This document shows, piece after piece, positions 40,667-49,241 of a stretch of 64,000 bases of DNA. Under the pieces are notes generated by a model. The model was not told where the DNA came from and ran no database searches. It worked only from the letters and a program-made list of their open reading frames with translations. Where the stretch lies: contig CAVXAL010000003.1 of the NCBI GenBank assembly GCA_963759765.1, forward strand, positions 871,804-935,803. Reading direction: 5' to 3'. The stretch's first letter is position 1; every line of letters begins with the position of its first letter. The position numbers were made by a program, and so were the translations under genes. This stretch comes from Candidatus Aminicenantes bacterium. Lineage in GTDB: Bacteria; Acidobacteriota; Aminicenantia; UBA2199.

Positions 40667-41677
40667 TTAGAATTGATAATAGAACGTCATGCTGTAGTAG
40701 GTGTCGCTTTTAGGACCATTTACGCCCGCGGCGTTACGGCCATAGCTAACCAACTTGATGTTGGGCGAGATCTGCACCTTGGGGTGGATGTTCCAGGCCA
40801 GACCGGCGATCAGCATGTCGGTGCGAAAGCCCTTTTCCATGATGACATAAGTGTCCTGGGCCCAGGGGGTCGGGTTGGGGATATGGTCATAACGGGCGAA
40901 GGCTTCCAGCTTCTTGACCAGCTTCAAGGCGCCGAGGACCGAGTAGATGTTGGTGTCGGTGTCGGGCTTGCCGAGTTCGTGGATTCTTTCGAGCATGTAA
41001 TTCACGCCCAGCCGGCCGCTGTCGCTCTTGAAGCCGGCGAAGCCCTGCAGCATGGTCGTGTGCTTGACGTTGCTGATGCCCAGCCAATCGGCGTAAACCT
41101 CAACCAGCCAGTTGGCGGTGGGGGTGTAAGTGAACCGGGCGTAGTAGCCTTTCTGTTTGTTGTTCTCCCATTTGTAGCTGGAGTTGTTGCCGACCATCAC
41201 GGCATAGGAGAACTTTTTGTCCTTGTCGAAGCTGCCGTTCATGGTCAGGCCGAATTCTCTGGAATCGCGCACCTTGAACAGGTCGAGCACCGTCTTTTCC
41301 ACTTGGCGGTAGCCCCAGAATTTTTCGGTGTTGCCGAAGGCCAAAGACTCCTGGATGCCGAGGGTAAACGAATGCAGAGGCAGAAATTGATAGCTGACGT
41401 ACGCGTCCTTGATGAACGCCTTGATGGTGTCGGGTGAGGCGAACTTGCCGTCGCTGTTCATTTCCAGGCGGATGCGGGCTTTGAACTTGTCCGAGATGTC
41501 GCGGTCGTACCAGAGGTAGACGCGCCGCAGCCAGAAGCCAGTCTGGTTGTCGTAACTGGCGTTGTGATTGTTCATGTAATAAAAGTCGCCGAAGGCGTAC
41601 GCCGAAACGGCGGCCGGCAGGCGCGCGCTCCATAGCGCGGTCAACAGAACCAGAGCAAACACGAGTTTTTTAAACAT
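40667..41677 (-). CDS. outer-membrane porin (phosphate-selective porin O/P-like)
   Basis: I prefer the start MFKKLVFALVLLTALWSARLPAAVSA (ATG 41677, GGAGG upstream). The product has alternating beta-strand composition, aromatic girdles and a C-terminal ...FYYQF. The context lies between phoR and pstS. Confidence 0.7.
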   Translation of the reverse strand: MFKKLVFALVLLTALWSARLPAAVSAYAFGDFYYMNNHNASYDNQTGFWLRRVYLWYDRDISDKFKARIRLEMNSDGKFASPDTIKAFIKDAYVSYQFLPLHSFTLGIQESLAFGNTEKFWGYRQVEKTVLDLFKVRDSREFGLTMNGSFDKDKKFSYAVMVGNNSSYKWENNKQKGYYARFTYTPTANWLVEVYADWLGISNVKHTTMLQGFAGFKSDSGRLGVNYMLERIHELGKPDTDTNIYSVLGALKLVKKLEAFARYDHIPNPTPWAQDTYVIMEKGFRTDMLIAGLAWNIHPKVQISPNIKLVSYGRNAAGVNGPKSDTYYSMTFYYQF

Positions 41678-41726
41678 TGAACCTCCTTGGGGTTTAAGTG
41701 TTTGAGCTGACATTCTCGGTTGTGGC

Positions 41727-41765
41727 CGTGAAGCGGGTATAAATAATCCGTTAATTTTCTATGAA
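41727..41765 (-). promoter_or_regulatory. 11-bp phased TTnAnn hexamers upstream of the porin gene (possible Pho boxes or promoter)
   Basis: On the minus strand the hexamers are TTCATA (41765-41760), TTAACG (41754-41749), TTTATA (41743-41738) and TTCACG (41732-41727). They are weaker than the pstS set and could simply be a TTCATA-N16-TTTATA promoter. Confidence 0.35.
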
Positions 41766-41814
41766 TTTTTTAAACGGGCTTTTCAACCTGAAAAAAGACC
41801 TGTTGCCAGCGGAA

Positions 41815-43550
41815 TCAGGCGCTGGGCTGCAAGGGTAGGGTGATGATGAATTCGGTTCCCTGACCGGGCTGGCTGTGGGCCTGGATCTGGCCGTCGTGCA
41901 GCAGCACGGTATGTTTGACAATGGCCAGGCCGAGACCGGTGCCGCCCAATTGCCGGGAGCGCGATTTGTCCACCACGTAAAAGCGTTCAAAGATGCGCGG
42001 CAAATGTTCGGCCGGGATGCCTACGCCGGTGTCGCTGACGCGGATTTCAATCTGCCTCTCTTTCTGCGCCAGGCTGACATTGATCTGGCCGCGGTCGGTG
42101 AATTTGAGGGCGTTGTCCACCAGATTGATGAACAGCTGTTCCAGCTTGAAGGGGTCACCGACAAACGGCGGCAGATCGTTTTCGGCCTTCACCTGCAGGC
42201 GAATATTTTTTTCCTTGGCTTTGGCCGCATAAATTTTTCGGACGTTTTCTGCCAGACTCCGCAAATCCACTTCTTCGTTTTCCCGCTGCAGGTTCGGTTC
42301 TTCGAGTTCAGAAAGGGTCATCAGGTCAGAAACAATGGCGACCAGCCGATCGGTGTGGCGGCGGATGATTTCCAGGTAATTGCGGTTGGCGACCGGGCTC
42401 TCTTCTTCTAGAGTTTCCACGAAGCCCTTGATGGCGGTCAGGGGGGTGCGCAGTTCATGGGAAAGATTGCTGATGAAATCCCGCTTGACCTTTTCCAGCT
42501 TCTTGAATTCGCTGATGTCATGGAAGGTGGCGATCAGGCGTGCGGCGGCGGGCAAATAGCTGATGCGAGCCGACACCATGCGGTCGTTGACGTCCAGTTC
42601 GCCTTGGGTATCTTTTTTTGTTTCCAGGGAACGCCGGACCAGTTCATTGAAGCGGGAATCGCGGAACACTTCCCAATAGAGGCGTCCCTGCCAATCCCGC
42701 TGCCGGCACATGTTTTGGAAGCTCTCATTGGCCAGAGTGATTCGCCCGTCCAGGTCCAAAACCAGCAGCCCCTCGCTGATCGAGGCAATGATGGTTTGCA
42801 ACTCGAGCTGATTGCGCTGCAGCGAGTCGACGAGTTCCTTCTGTTGTTCGACCATGTGGTTGAAACTGCCGGCCAGCTGGTGCAGCTCGTCGCGGCCGTG
42901 CACCCAGGCGCGGGCGTTGAAATCGCCGCCGGCCACCTGCCGGGCCGCCTGGTCCAGCCGCTGAATGGGTCGGTCAGGTTTTTGGAGAAGAAAAATGCAG
43001 CGATCAGCGCCAGCAGGAGCAGAATGGCGATCAGGGTGATGATCTTTCGTTTCATTTCGGCAAGATCCCGGTCGAGCATGCTGACATAGAGGCTCAGCCG
43101 CAGCACGCCAATGACGCGGCCGCCGCTGCGCAGGGGGACAGCCTGGTAGATCATGGCCCGATGCAGGGTGGGGCTGATGCGGGAGAATTCGGCCGGCTTG
43201 CCCTGCAAGGCCAGGATGAATTCCGGCCGGTCGGCGTGATTTTCCATCTGCCGCGGATCGCTGTCCGAATCGGCCAGGACCTTGCCGTCGGGCGCGATGA
43301 CCGTGATGCGCGTGTCCATATCTTTTCCCAGTTCCTTGACCAGGCGGTCCAAGGACCCGCTGTCCGGCGCCAGCAGGAGCGGCATGATGTTCTGACGCAA
43401 GGAAACGGATAGATGGTTAAGGTTCTTGCTGATCGTGTCCCGGTACTGGTCCCTGAAGAAACCCGACGCAAAAAAGAAAATCAGGACAGCCACGACCGCG
43501 GTCATCGCCAAATAACTGAGGAAGGTTTTTCTGAAGATCGATTTTTTCAT
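41815..43550 (-). CDS. phoR: phosphate-regulon sensor histidine kinase (one frame break near ~42960)
   Basis: It has an N-terminal TM and periplasmic-like domain (MKKSIFRKTFLSYLAMTAVVAVLIFFF...), a second TM, HAMP, PAS, the H-box FISNLSHELRTPLTAIKG and an ATPase domain (DNALKFT...DTGVGIP...GGTGLGLAIVKH). The phoB stop overlaps its ATG (ATGA). Confidence 0.85.
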
Positions 43551-44242
43551 GGTTCCAGTTTGTAGCCCACGCCGCGGATGCTCTTGATCAGGGTGCCGGC
43601 CGGCCCCAGTTTCTCGCGCAGGTTCTTGATGTGCACGTCCACGGTGCGGTCGAGTACCGCCTTCTCGTCGCCCCACAGCTTATCCAGCAATTGTTCCCGC
43701 GAGAAAACCCAACCCACGTTCTTGGCCAGGATGACCAGAATGGAAAATTCGGTGGCGGTGAGTTCTTTCTTTTCACCGGCCACAAAAACAGCATGCTGCT
43801 GGCTGTCGATTTCCAGCAGGTCACCGATCCGCTGCCGCGCCGCCGCTTCTTCGGCGCTGCCTTTTTTCCGCCGCAGGATGGCGCGGATACGGGCCACCAG
43901 CTCCTTGGGAGAGAACGGCTTGGCCATGTAGTCGTCGGCGCCGAGCTCCAGGCCCAGCACCACATCGGTTTCCTCGCTGCGGGCGGTCAGCATCAACACG
44001 GGGATGGCCGCCCAGCGTCGGTCTTGTCGCAGTTGTTTGCACACGTCCAGGCCGTCGATGTCGGGCAGCATCAGATCGAGGACGATCAGATCGGGAATTT
44101 TGTTTTCCAGCAGCCGGAGCAGCGGCCGTGCCGCCAGAAACGTTTTGACCCGGAAGCCGGCCTTGGTCAGATGGATATCGATGAGCTGCAGAATGTCGGT
44201 TTCGTCATCGACCGCATAGATCAAAGGCTTCTCGATTGCCAT
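43547..44242 (-). CDS. phoB: OmpR-family response regulator, PhoB-like
   Basis: I prefer the start MAIEKPLIYAVDDETDI (44242). The receiver domain shows DLIVLDLMLPDIDG. The winged-helix domain shows LTATEFSILVILAKNVGWVFSREQLLDKLWG...DRTVDVHIKNLREKL...IKSIRGVGYKL. Confidence 0.88.
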   Translation of the reverse strand: MAIEKPLIYAVDDETDILQLIDIHLTKAGFRVKTFLAARPLLRLLENKIPDLIVLDLMLPDIDGLDVCKQLRQDRRWAAIPVLMLTARSEETDVVLGLELGADDYMAKPFSPKELVARIRAILRRKKGSAEEAAARQRIGDLLEIDSQQHAVFVAGEKKELTATEFSILVILAKNVGWVFSREQLLDKLWGDEKAVLDRTVDVHIKNLREKLGPAGTLIKSIRGVGYKLEP

Positions 44243-44249
44243 TGACCCG

Positions 44250-44278
44250 ATGGTAACAAAGTGGGCGAGTCGAGTCAA
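44250..44278 (-). promoter_or_regulatory. promoter TTGACT-N17-TACCAT with the phoB ATG 7 nt downstream (predicted leaderless)
   Basis: On the minus strand, TTGACT is at 44278-44273 and TACCAT at 44255-44250. Seven nt (CGGGTCA) then precede ATG 44242, and there is no SD. Confidence 0.45.
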
Positions 44279-44365
44279 TCCCAACCACAGGGTGCTTCCG
44301 AAAGGGTTCGACGACCGCGGCGCAGGGTCGAGTGGAAAAAATTTTAAATTTTTGCTTTTCATCTA

Positions 44366-44394
44366 TTGACAGGAAGCGAAAAATATTTTATATT
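44366..44394 (+). promoter_or_regulatory. promoter TTGACA-N17-TATATT with ATG 6 nt downstream (predicted leaderless kamA mRNA)
   Basis: TTGACA is at 44366-44371 and TATATT at 44389-44394. ATG 44401 follows. Confidence 0.5.
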
Positions 44395-44400
44395 CCTCAT

Positions 44401-45735
44401 ATGTTAGGGAGGCGTGAATTGAAAAAGTCGCATCAGGCATTCGTAGTCAAAAAGGAAGCCGAAGTATCAAGTGAGGAGGCCGAGCCTCCAAGCTGTTTGC
44501 GGCAGGATGTCCAGCCTGCCAGCGCCCCCGTCATTCCCTCTCTCCTATTCCCGGAATTAATCCAGTTCCCTGTTCCCAAGGTCGACAAGACCCCGCTCAA
44601 GTTCAGCGCCCGTTCGATTCAGTTTCTGCACCGCTGTTTCCCCATGGCCAGCAAGGCCGAGTGGAGCAGCTGGGAATGGCAGCTGCGCAACAGCTTTACC
44701 TGCATGGAAGATCTGGGCCGGATCATCCGGCTCACGGATGACGAGGCGCAATCCACGGTGCTGGCCAACGGCAATCTGCCACTGCGCATCACGCCGTATT
44801 ACGCCAGTCTGATCGATCCTGACCAGCCGGAGCAGCCGCTCCGCCGCTCGGTGGTGCCGGTGACCGCCGAGCATGTGATCTCGGTGGCCGAGGCCGTGGA
44901 TCCGCTGGGTGAGGATAGCCACAGCCGCGTGGCGGGGCTGGTGCACCGCTATCCGGACCGGGTGCTCTTCCTGGTGACCGGTTTCTGCTCGACCTACTGC
45001 CGCTACTGCACGCGCTCGCGCCTGGTGGGCGACCAGAACAAGCGCCACCTCAACCGCGAGCAGTGGGACCGGGCCATCGCTTACATCGAGGCCCATCCCG
45101 AGGTGCGCGACGTCCTGCTCTCCGGCGGTGATCCGCTTACCCTGCCCGACGAGGGCATCGAGTATCTGCTCACCCGCCTGAGCCGCATCCCCCACGTAGA
45201 GTTCGTCCGCATCGGCACGAAGGTGCCGGTGGTGCTGCCCCAGCGCATCACCACTTCGCTGCTGGCCATTCTCAAGCGCTTCCGGCCGCTCTGGATCAGC
45301 ATCCACTTCACCCATCCGGACGAGGTCACCCTTGAATGCGCCCAAGCCTGCGAGCGGCTGGCCGACGCCGGCATTCCCCTGGGCAGCCAGACCGTGCTGC
45401 TCCGGGGCATCAACGACGACGTGGAGACGATGAAGAAGCTGATGCACGAACTGCTGAAGGTGCGCGTGCGTCCCTACTACCTGTACCAGTGCGACCCGAT
45501 CGTCGGCTCTTCCCATTTCCGCACACCGGTGCAGAAAGGCCTGGACATCATTGCCGGTCTGCGCGGCCACACCTCCGGCTACGCCGTTCCCCACTTCGTC
45601 ATCGACGCGCCGGGCGGTGGAGGCAAAATCCCGTTGCAGCCCGACTACGTCCAGGGTCGGGAAGGCTCCGCACTGCTGCTGAAGAATTACGAGGGCAAGC
45701 TCTTCCGCTATCCCGACGCCGTCTGTCCGCAGTGA
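44401..45735 (+). CDS. kamA: lysine 2,3-aminomutase family radical SAM enzyme
   Basis: Motifs include WSSWEWQLRN, ITPYYASLIDP, HRYPDRVLFLVTGFCSTYCRYCTRSR (CX3CX2C) and SGGDPL. The alternative start ATG 44644 (MASKAEW) would give the canonical N-terminus, so the 81-aa extension is unverified. Confidence 0.85.
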   Translation: MLGRRELKKSHQAFVVKKEAEVSSEEAEPPSCLRQDVQPASAPVIPSLLFPELIQFPVPKVDKTPLKFSARSIQFLHRCFPMASKAEWSSWEWQLRNSFTCMEDLGRIIRLTDDEAQSTVLANGNLPLRITPYYASLIDPDQPEQPLRRSVVPVTAEHVISVAEAVDPLGEDSHSRVAGLVHRYPDRVLFLVTGFCSTYCRYCTRSRLVGDQNKRHLNREQWDRAIAYIEAHPEVRDVLLSGGDPLTLPDEGIEYLLTRLSRIPHVEFVRIGTKVPVVLPQRITTSLLAILKRFRPLWISIHFTHPDEVTLECAQACERLADAGIPLGSQTVLLRGINDDVETMKKLMHELLKVRVRPYYLYQCDPIVGSSHFRTPVQKGLDIIAGLRGHTSGYAVPHFVIDAPGGGGKIPLQPDYVQGREGSALLLKNYEGKLFRYPDAVCPQ

Positions 45736-45780
45736 GCAGCGGCGGCGCGCTTTCTGCGCTCCGACGGTCAGCCCCATCTA

Positions 45781-45809
45781 TTGAATTGCCCGTTGGGCAG
45801 AGATAAAAT
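45781..45809 (+). promoter_or_regulatory. candidate internal promoter (TTGAAT-N17-TAAAAT) with a small palindrome in the spacer
   Basis: TTGAAT is at 45781-45786 and TAAAAT at 45804-45809. The spacer contains TGCCC-GTT-GGGCA. It precedes the first ATP-grasp gene. Confidence 0.4.
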
Positions 45810-45832
45810 ACCCGTGCGAAAAAAGGAACGGC

Positions 45833-46810
45833 ATGCGCGTCGGTTTGACCTATGATCTGAGAAACGATTATCTGGCGGAAGGCTACTGCGAAGAAGAGAC
45901 CGCCGAGTTCGACCGCCCCGATACCATCGAAGCCATCGCCGGGGCGCTGCAGCAGCTCGGCTATGAAACCGAGCGCATCGGCCATGCCCGGCATCTGGTC
46001 GAGCAACTGGCCGCGAGACGGCGCTGGGACATGGTCTTCAACATCTGCGAGGGGCTGCGCGGCATCGGCCGGGAAGCACAGGTGCCCACGCTGCTCGAGG
46101 CCTATGACATCCCGTATACGTTCTCCGATCCGCTGGTGCTGGCCCTGACCCTGCACAAGGGGATGACCAAGAGCGTGGTTCGGGATGCCGGCGTGCCCAC
46201 GCCCGATTTCGTCGAGGTCGAAGAACCAACCGACCTGGAGCGGGTGGATTTGCCGTTTCCCCTTTTCGCCAAGCCTATCGCCGAGGGAACCGGCAAGGGC
46301 ATCAACGCGGATTCGGTCATTCGCAGCCGCCAGGAACTCCGCCAGGTCTGCAGTCGCCTGCTCGCTGCCTTCCACCAGCCGGTGCTGGTCGAACGTTTTC
46401 TGCCGGGGCGGGAATTCACCGTAGGCATTACCGGCAGCGGGAAGGCGGCCGTGGCCGTCGGCGTCATGGAAGTTATCCTCAAGGAAAACGCCGAACCCCA
46501 GGTCTACTCATATACCAACAAGGAATTGTGTGAAGAACGGGTCATCTACCGCCTGGCCGAAGGCGAGGTTGCGGAACGCTGCGCTCAGACAGCCCTGAAC
46601 GCCTGGCGCCGCCTGGGCTGCCGGGATGGCGGCCGGGTCGATATCCGGCTGGATGAGGCCGGGGTGGCCAATTTCCTGGAAGTCAATCCCCTGGCCGGAC
46701 TCCACCCTCAACATTCGGACCTGCCCATCATCTGCACCTTCGTGGGTATTCCCTATGTGGAATTGATTCGCCGGATCATGGACTCAGCCCGGAAGCGGAT
46801 CGGGACATGA
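45833..46810 (+). CDS. ATP-grasp ligase, D-Ala-D-Ala-ligase-like (paralogue 1)
   Basis: The ORF is 325 aa with a Ddl-like layout: MRVGLTYDL...FNICEGLRGIGREAQVPTLLEAYDIPYTFSDP, KSVVRDAGVPTPDF, LFAKPIAEGTGKGI, ERFLPGREFTVGI and GRVDIRLDEAGVANFLEVNPLAGL. Confidence 0.75.
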   Translation: MRVGLTYDLRNDYLAEGYCEEETAEFDRPDTIEAIAGALQQLGYETERIGHARHLVEQLAARRRWDMVFNICEGLRGIGREAQVPTLLEAYDIPYTFSDPLVLALTLHKGMTKSVVRDAGVPTPDFVEVEEPTDLERVDLPFPLFAKPIAEGTGKGINADSVIRSRQELRQVCSRLLAAFHQPVLVERFLPGREFTVGITGSGKAAVAVGVMEVILKENAEPQVYSYTNKELCEERVIYRLAEGEVAERCAQTALNAWRRLGCRDGGRVDIRLDEAGVANFLEVNPLAGLHPQHSDLPIICTFVGIPYVELIRRIMDSARKRIGT

Positions 46811-47781
46811 AACCGGAGCGGGTTGTCATCCTGTTCAACTATGTCGATGAACACTCGCCTCCGGACGAACGGGACGTGTTGATTCAGGTGGAGGCAGTGG
46901 AGCGGGCGCTGCGCGAGCTGGGTTGCAAAACGTTCCGCCTGCCCTTTTCCCTGGACGTGGCTGCGGCCGCGAAAAGACTGCGCCGCCTCAGCCCCGATCT
47001 GGTTTTCAACCTCAGCGAATCGGTTGCCGGCGACGGGCAGCTGATCCAACTGGCTCCTTCGCTCCTCGATCACCTGCGCCTGCCCTACAGCGGCTGCTCC
47101 AAGGAGGCGCTGATGCTCACATCGAACAAGCTCGTGGCCAAGCGGATCCTCAGGCTGGCTGGCATCGCCACTCCCGAATGGCTCTCGCCGGGGGATCCTA
47201 TACCCACCCCTTGGAACGGCAACGAGCGCTTCCTGATCAAATCGGCCTGGGAGCACGCCTCCAACTGGTTGAATGACGAATCGCTGACAACGGCCGCCAG
47301 ACCCGAGGAACTGCTGCAGCGGCTGGAGCGGCGCCGGAGAGAAGCAGGAGGCGATTTTTTCGCCGAGCGTTATATCGACGGCCGCGAGTTCAACCTCTCG
47401 CTGCTGGCGGGCGAGCTGCTGGCAGTACCCGAGATGCGCTTTGTCGATTTTCCGGAAGGCAGGCCCAAGCTGGTCGATTACCGCGCCAAATGGGACGAGG
47501 GTTCGTTTGAATTCCAGCACACCGTCCATTCCTTCGATTTCACCGAGGCCGACCGACCGCTGCTGGAGCGTCTCGAGGAGAGCGCTCGCCGTTGCTGGCA
47601 ATTGTTCGGACTCCGCGGTTACGCCCGGGTCGATTTTCGCGTGGACGGGGAGGGAAAACCGTGGGTGCTGGAGATCAACGCCAATCCCTGCATCTCTCCC
47701 GACAGCGGTTTTGTCGCAACCGCTCTGCGCTCGGGACTGACCTACACCGGCGTGATTGAACGGATCGTGAACGCTGTGTAG
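46807..47781 (+). CDS. ATP-grasp ligase, D-Ala-D-Ala-ligase-like (paralogue 2)
   Basis: The ORF is 324 aa. Motifs are VVILFNYV...VFNLSESVAGDGQLIQLAPSLLDHLRLPYSGCS, KLVAKRILRLAGIATPEW, LIKSAWEHAS, ERYIDGREFNLSLL and ARVDFRVDGEGKPWVLEINANPCISP. It overlaps paralogue 1 by 4 nt. Confidence 0.75.
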   Translation: MKPERVVILFNYVDEHSPPDERDVLIQVEAVERALRELGCKTFRLPFSLDVAAAAKRLRRLSPDLVFNLSESVAGDGQLIQLAPSLLDHLRLPYSGCSKEALMLTSNKLVAKRILRLAGIATPEWLSPGDPIPTPWNGNERFLIKSAWEHASNWLNDESLTTAARPEELLQRLERRRREAGGDFFAERYIDGREFNLSLLAGELLAVPEMRFVDFPEGRPKLVDYRAKWDEGSFEFQHTVHSFDFTEADRPLLERLEESARRCWQLFGLRGYARVDFRVDGEGKPWVLEINANPCISPDSGFVATALRSGLTYTGVIERIVNAV

Positions 47782-47806
47782 CCGCCCGGCGGCAAAGGAG
47801 AGAATC

Positions 47807-48301
47807 ATGAAAACCAAAGAGGCGATCCGTTTCCGCCAGGAAGTCCTTCCCGACGATGTCCGCAACGTGCGTGTCATCGTCGAGTCGAGCGGTTTTTTCC
47901 ACGGCCACGAGATCGAGGTGGCCGTCGAGCTGGTCGAGGAGCGGTTGGCCAAGGGAATCCGCAGCGGCTACCATTTCATTTTCGCCGAGCTTGAAGGCAA
48001 GACCGTGGGCTACACCTGCTACGGCGAGATCGCCGTCACCGAGGGCAGCTACGACCTCTATTGGATCGCGGTCCTGGATGCATTCCGCAGCCGGGGCGTG
48101 GGCGGGAAACTGCTGGTTGAAACCGAACAGGCGATCCGGGCCCTGGGCGGCCGGGCCATCTGGGTCGAGACATCCTCGCGGCCTCTCTACGAGCCGACCC
48201 GGCAGTTCTACCTGCGCCACGGCTACCCGATTGAAGCCGTGCTGAAGGATTTCTACGCGGCGGAAGACGACAAGGTCATATTCGTCAAAAGGCTCCCATG
48301 A
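47807..48301 (+). CDS. GNAT-family N-acetyltransferase
   Basis: The ORF is 164 aa with the acetyl-CoA motif IAVLDAFRSRGVGGKLL. The typical GNAT beta-alpha pattern ends ...FYLRHGY. Confidence 0.8.
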   Translation: MKTKEAIRFRQEVLPDDVRNVRVIVESSGFFHGHEIEVAVELVEERLAKGIRSGYHFIFAELEGKTVGYTCYGEIAVTEGSYDLYWIAVLDAFRSRGVGGKLLVETEQAIRALGGRAIWVETSSRPLYEPTRQFYLRHGYPIEAVLKDFYAAEDDKVIFVKRLP

Positions 48302-48411
48302 AATATTTCAAGGCTCGTTCTGTCAAAGCCGGGCTGCCCTCGAAAGCCTGAACCAGAGTGGCTGTGATGCCCGCACCGATTTTCATTTGAAACAAGCCGA
48401 GGAGGCCCCGC

Positions 48412-49200
48412 ATGAGAATTCCGATCTATCAAGTCGATGCCTTTACGGCCGAACCGTTTCGCGGTAACCCGGCCGGTGTCTGCCTGCTGGATGAACCGTT
48501 GCCCGACCGGATATTGCAGCATATCGCCATGGAAATGAACCTCTCCGAGACGGCCTTCCTGCTGCGCCGGACCGACGGTTTCCGGCTGCGCTGGTTCACG
48601 CCGCTGGTCGAGGTGAAACTGTGCGGCCACGCCACCCTGGCCAGCGCCCACCTGTTGTTCGAGCGCGGCTGTATGCGCAAGGACCAGGTCGCCCGCTTCC
48701 ACACCCGCAGCGGCCTGCTGACCGCCCGCTATATTCAGGGCTGGATTGAGCTCGATTTTCCCCAGCTGCCAGCCAGGAAGGTCAAGGCCCCGGCCCTTCT
48801 GCTCGAGGCCCTGAAACTGAAACCTTTGTTTGTCGGCCGCAACGGCATGGACTATCTGGTTGAAGTGAAAGACGAGGCGGAAGTCCGCGGGGCTCGGCCC
48901 GACTTCGACCGACTGGCCAGGTCGGGGGCCCGTGGCGTCATCGTCACCGCCGCGGCAAAGAAAAAATACGATTTCGTTTCCCGCTTCTTTGCGCCGGCGG
49001 TGGGCATCAACGAAGACCCGGTGACCGGTTCAGCCCACTGCTGCCTGGGTCCCTTCTGGGCGGCCAAGCTGAACAAACGGGAGTTGAGCGCCGCCCAGGT
49101 TTCCAGCCGCGGCGGGGTTTTGCAGCTGCGGTTGGAGGGCAAGCGCATCCGCATCCTGGGTCAGGCCGTGACCGTTCTGGCAGGGGAGTTGCAGTTTTAA
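48412..49200 (+). CDS. PhzF-family isomerase
   Basis: The ORF is 262 aa. Motifs are IPIYQVDAFTAEPFRGNPAGVCLL, EMNLSETAFL, RWFTPLVEVKLCGHATLA and DPVTGSAHCCLGPFW. Confidence 0.85.
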   Translation: MRIPIYQVDAFTAEPFRGNPAGVCLLDEPLPDRILQHIAMEMNLSETAFLLRRTDGFRLRWFTPLVEVKLCGHATLASAHLLFERGCMRKDQVARFHTRSGLLTARYIQGWIELDFPQLPARKVKAPALLLEALKLKPLFVGRNGMDYLVEVKDEAEVRGARPDFDRLARSGARGVIVTAAAKKKYDFVSRFFAPAVGINEDPVTGSAHCCLGPFWAAKLNKRELSAAQVSSRGGVLQLRLEGKRIRILGQAVTVLAGELQF

Positions 49201-49241
49201 ACGCATTTGTGGCTTATTAAATAAAATTATGCGTATATAAT

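Noticed and set aside
44332-44400. The ORF-track start of kamA at 44332 (TTG/alternative codon) would add 23 residues.
   Set aside because: That start lies upstream of the predicted -35/-10 promoter (44366-44394), so it would not be transcribed from it. I prefer ATG 44401, or possibly ATG 44644.
28415-45777. Other large antisense ORFs include 28415..29755 (-), 30760..32292 (+), 33190..34329 (+), 38797..40494 (+), 40655..41437 (+) and 44557..45777 (-).
   Set aside because: Each lies fully inside and opposite a confidently identified gene (RR/DUF72, M3-like, S46, pstC/pstS, porin, kamA). They are high-GC third-position artefacts.
48302-48411. The 110-nt GNAT-PhzF intergenic region has small hairpins (GGGC-T-GCCC, AGGCT...AGCCT) and could be a riboswitch or sRNA.
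   Set aside because: The stems are short, no recognisable riboswitch core sequences are present, and there is no terminator. The evidence is too weak to report.
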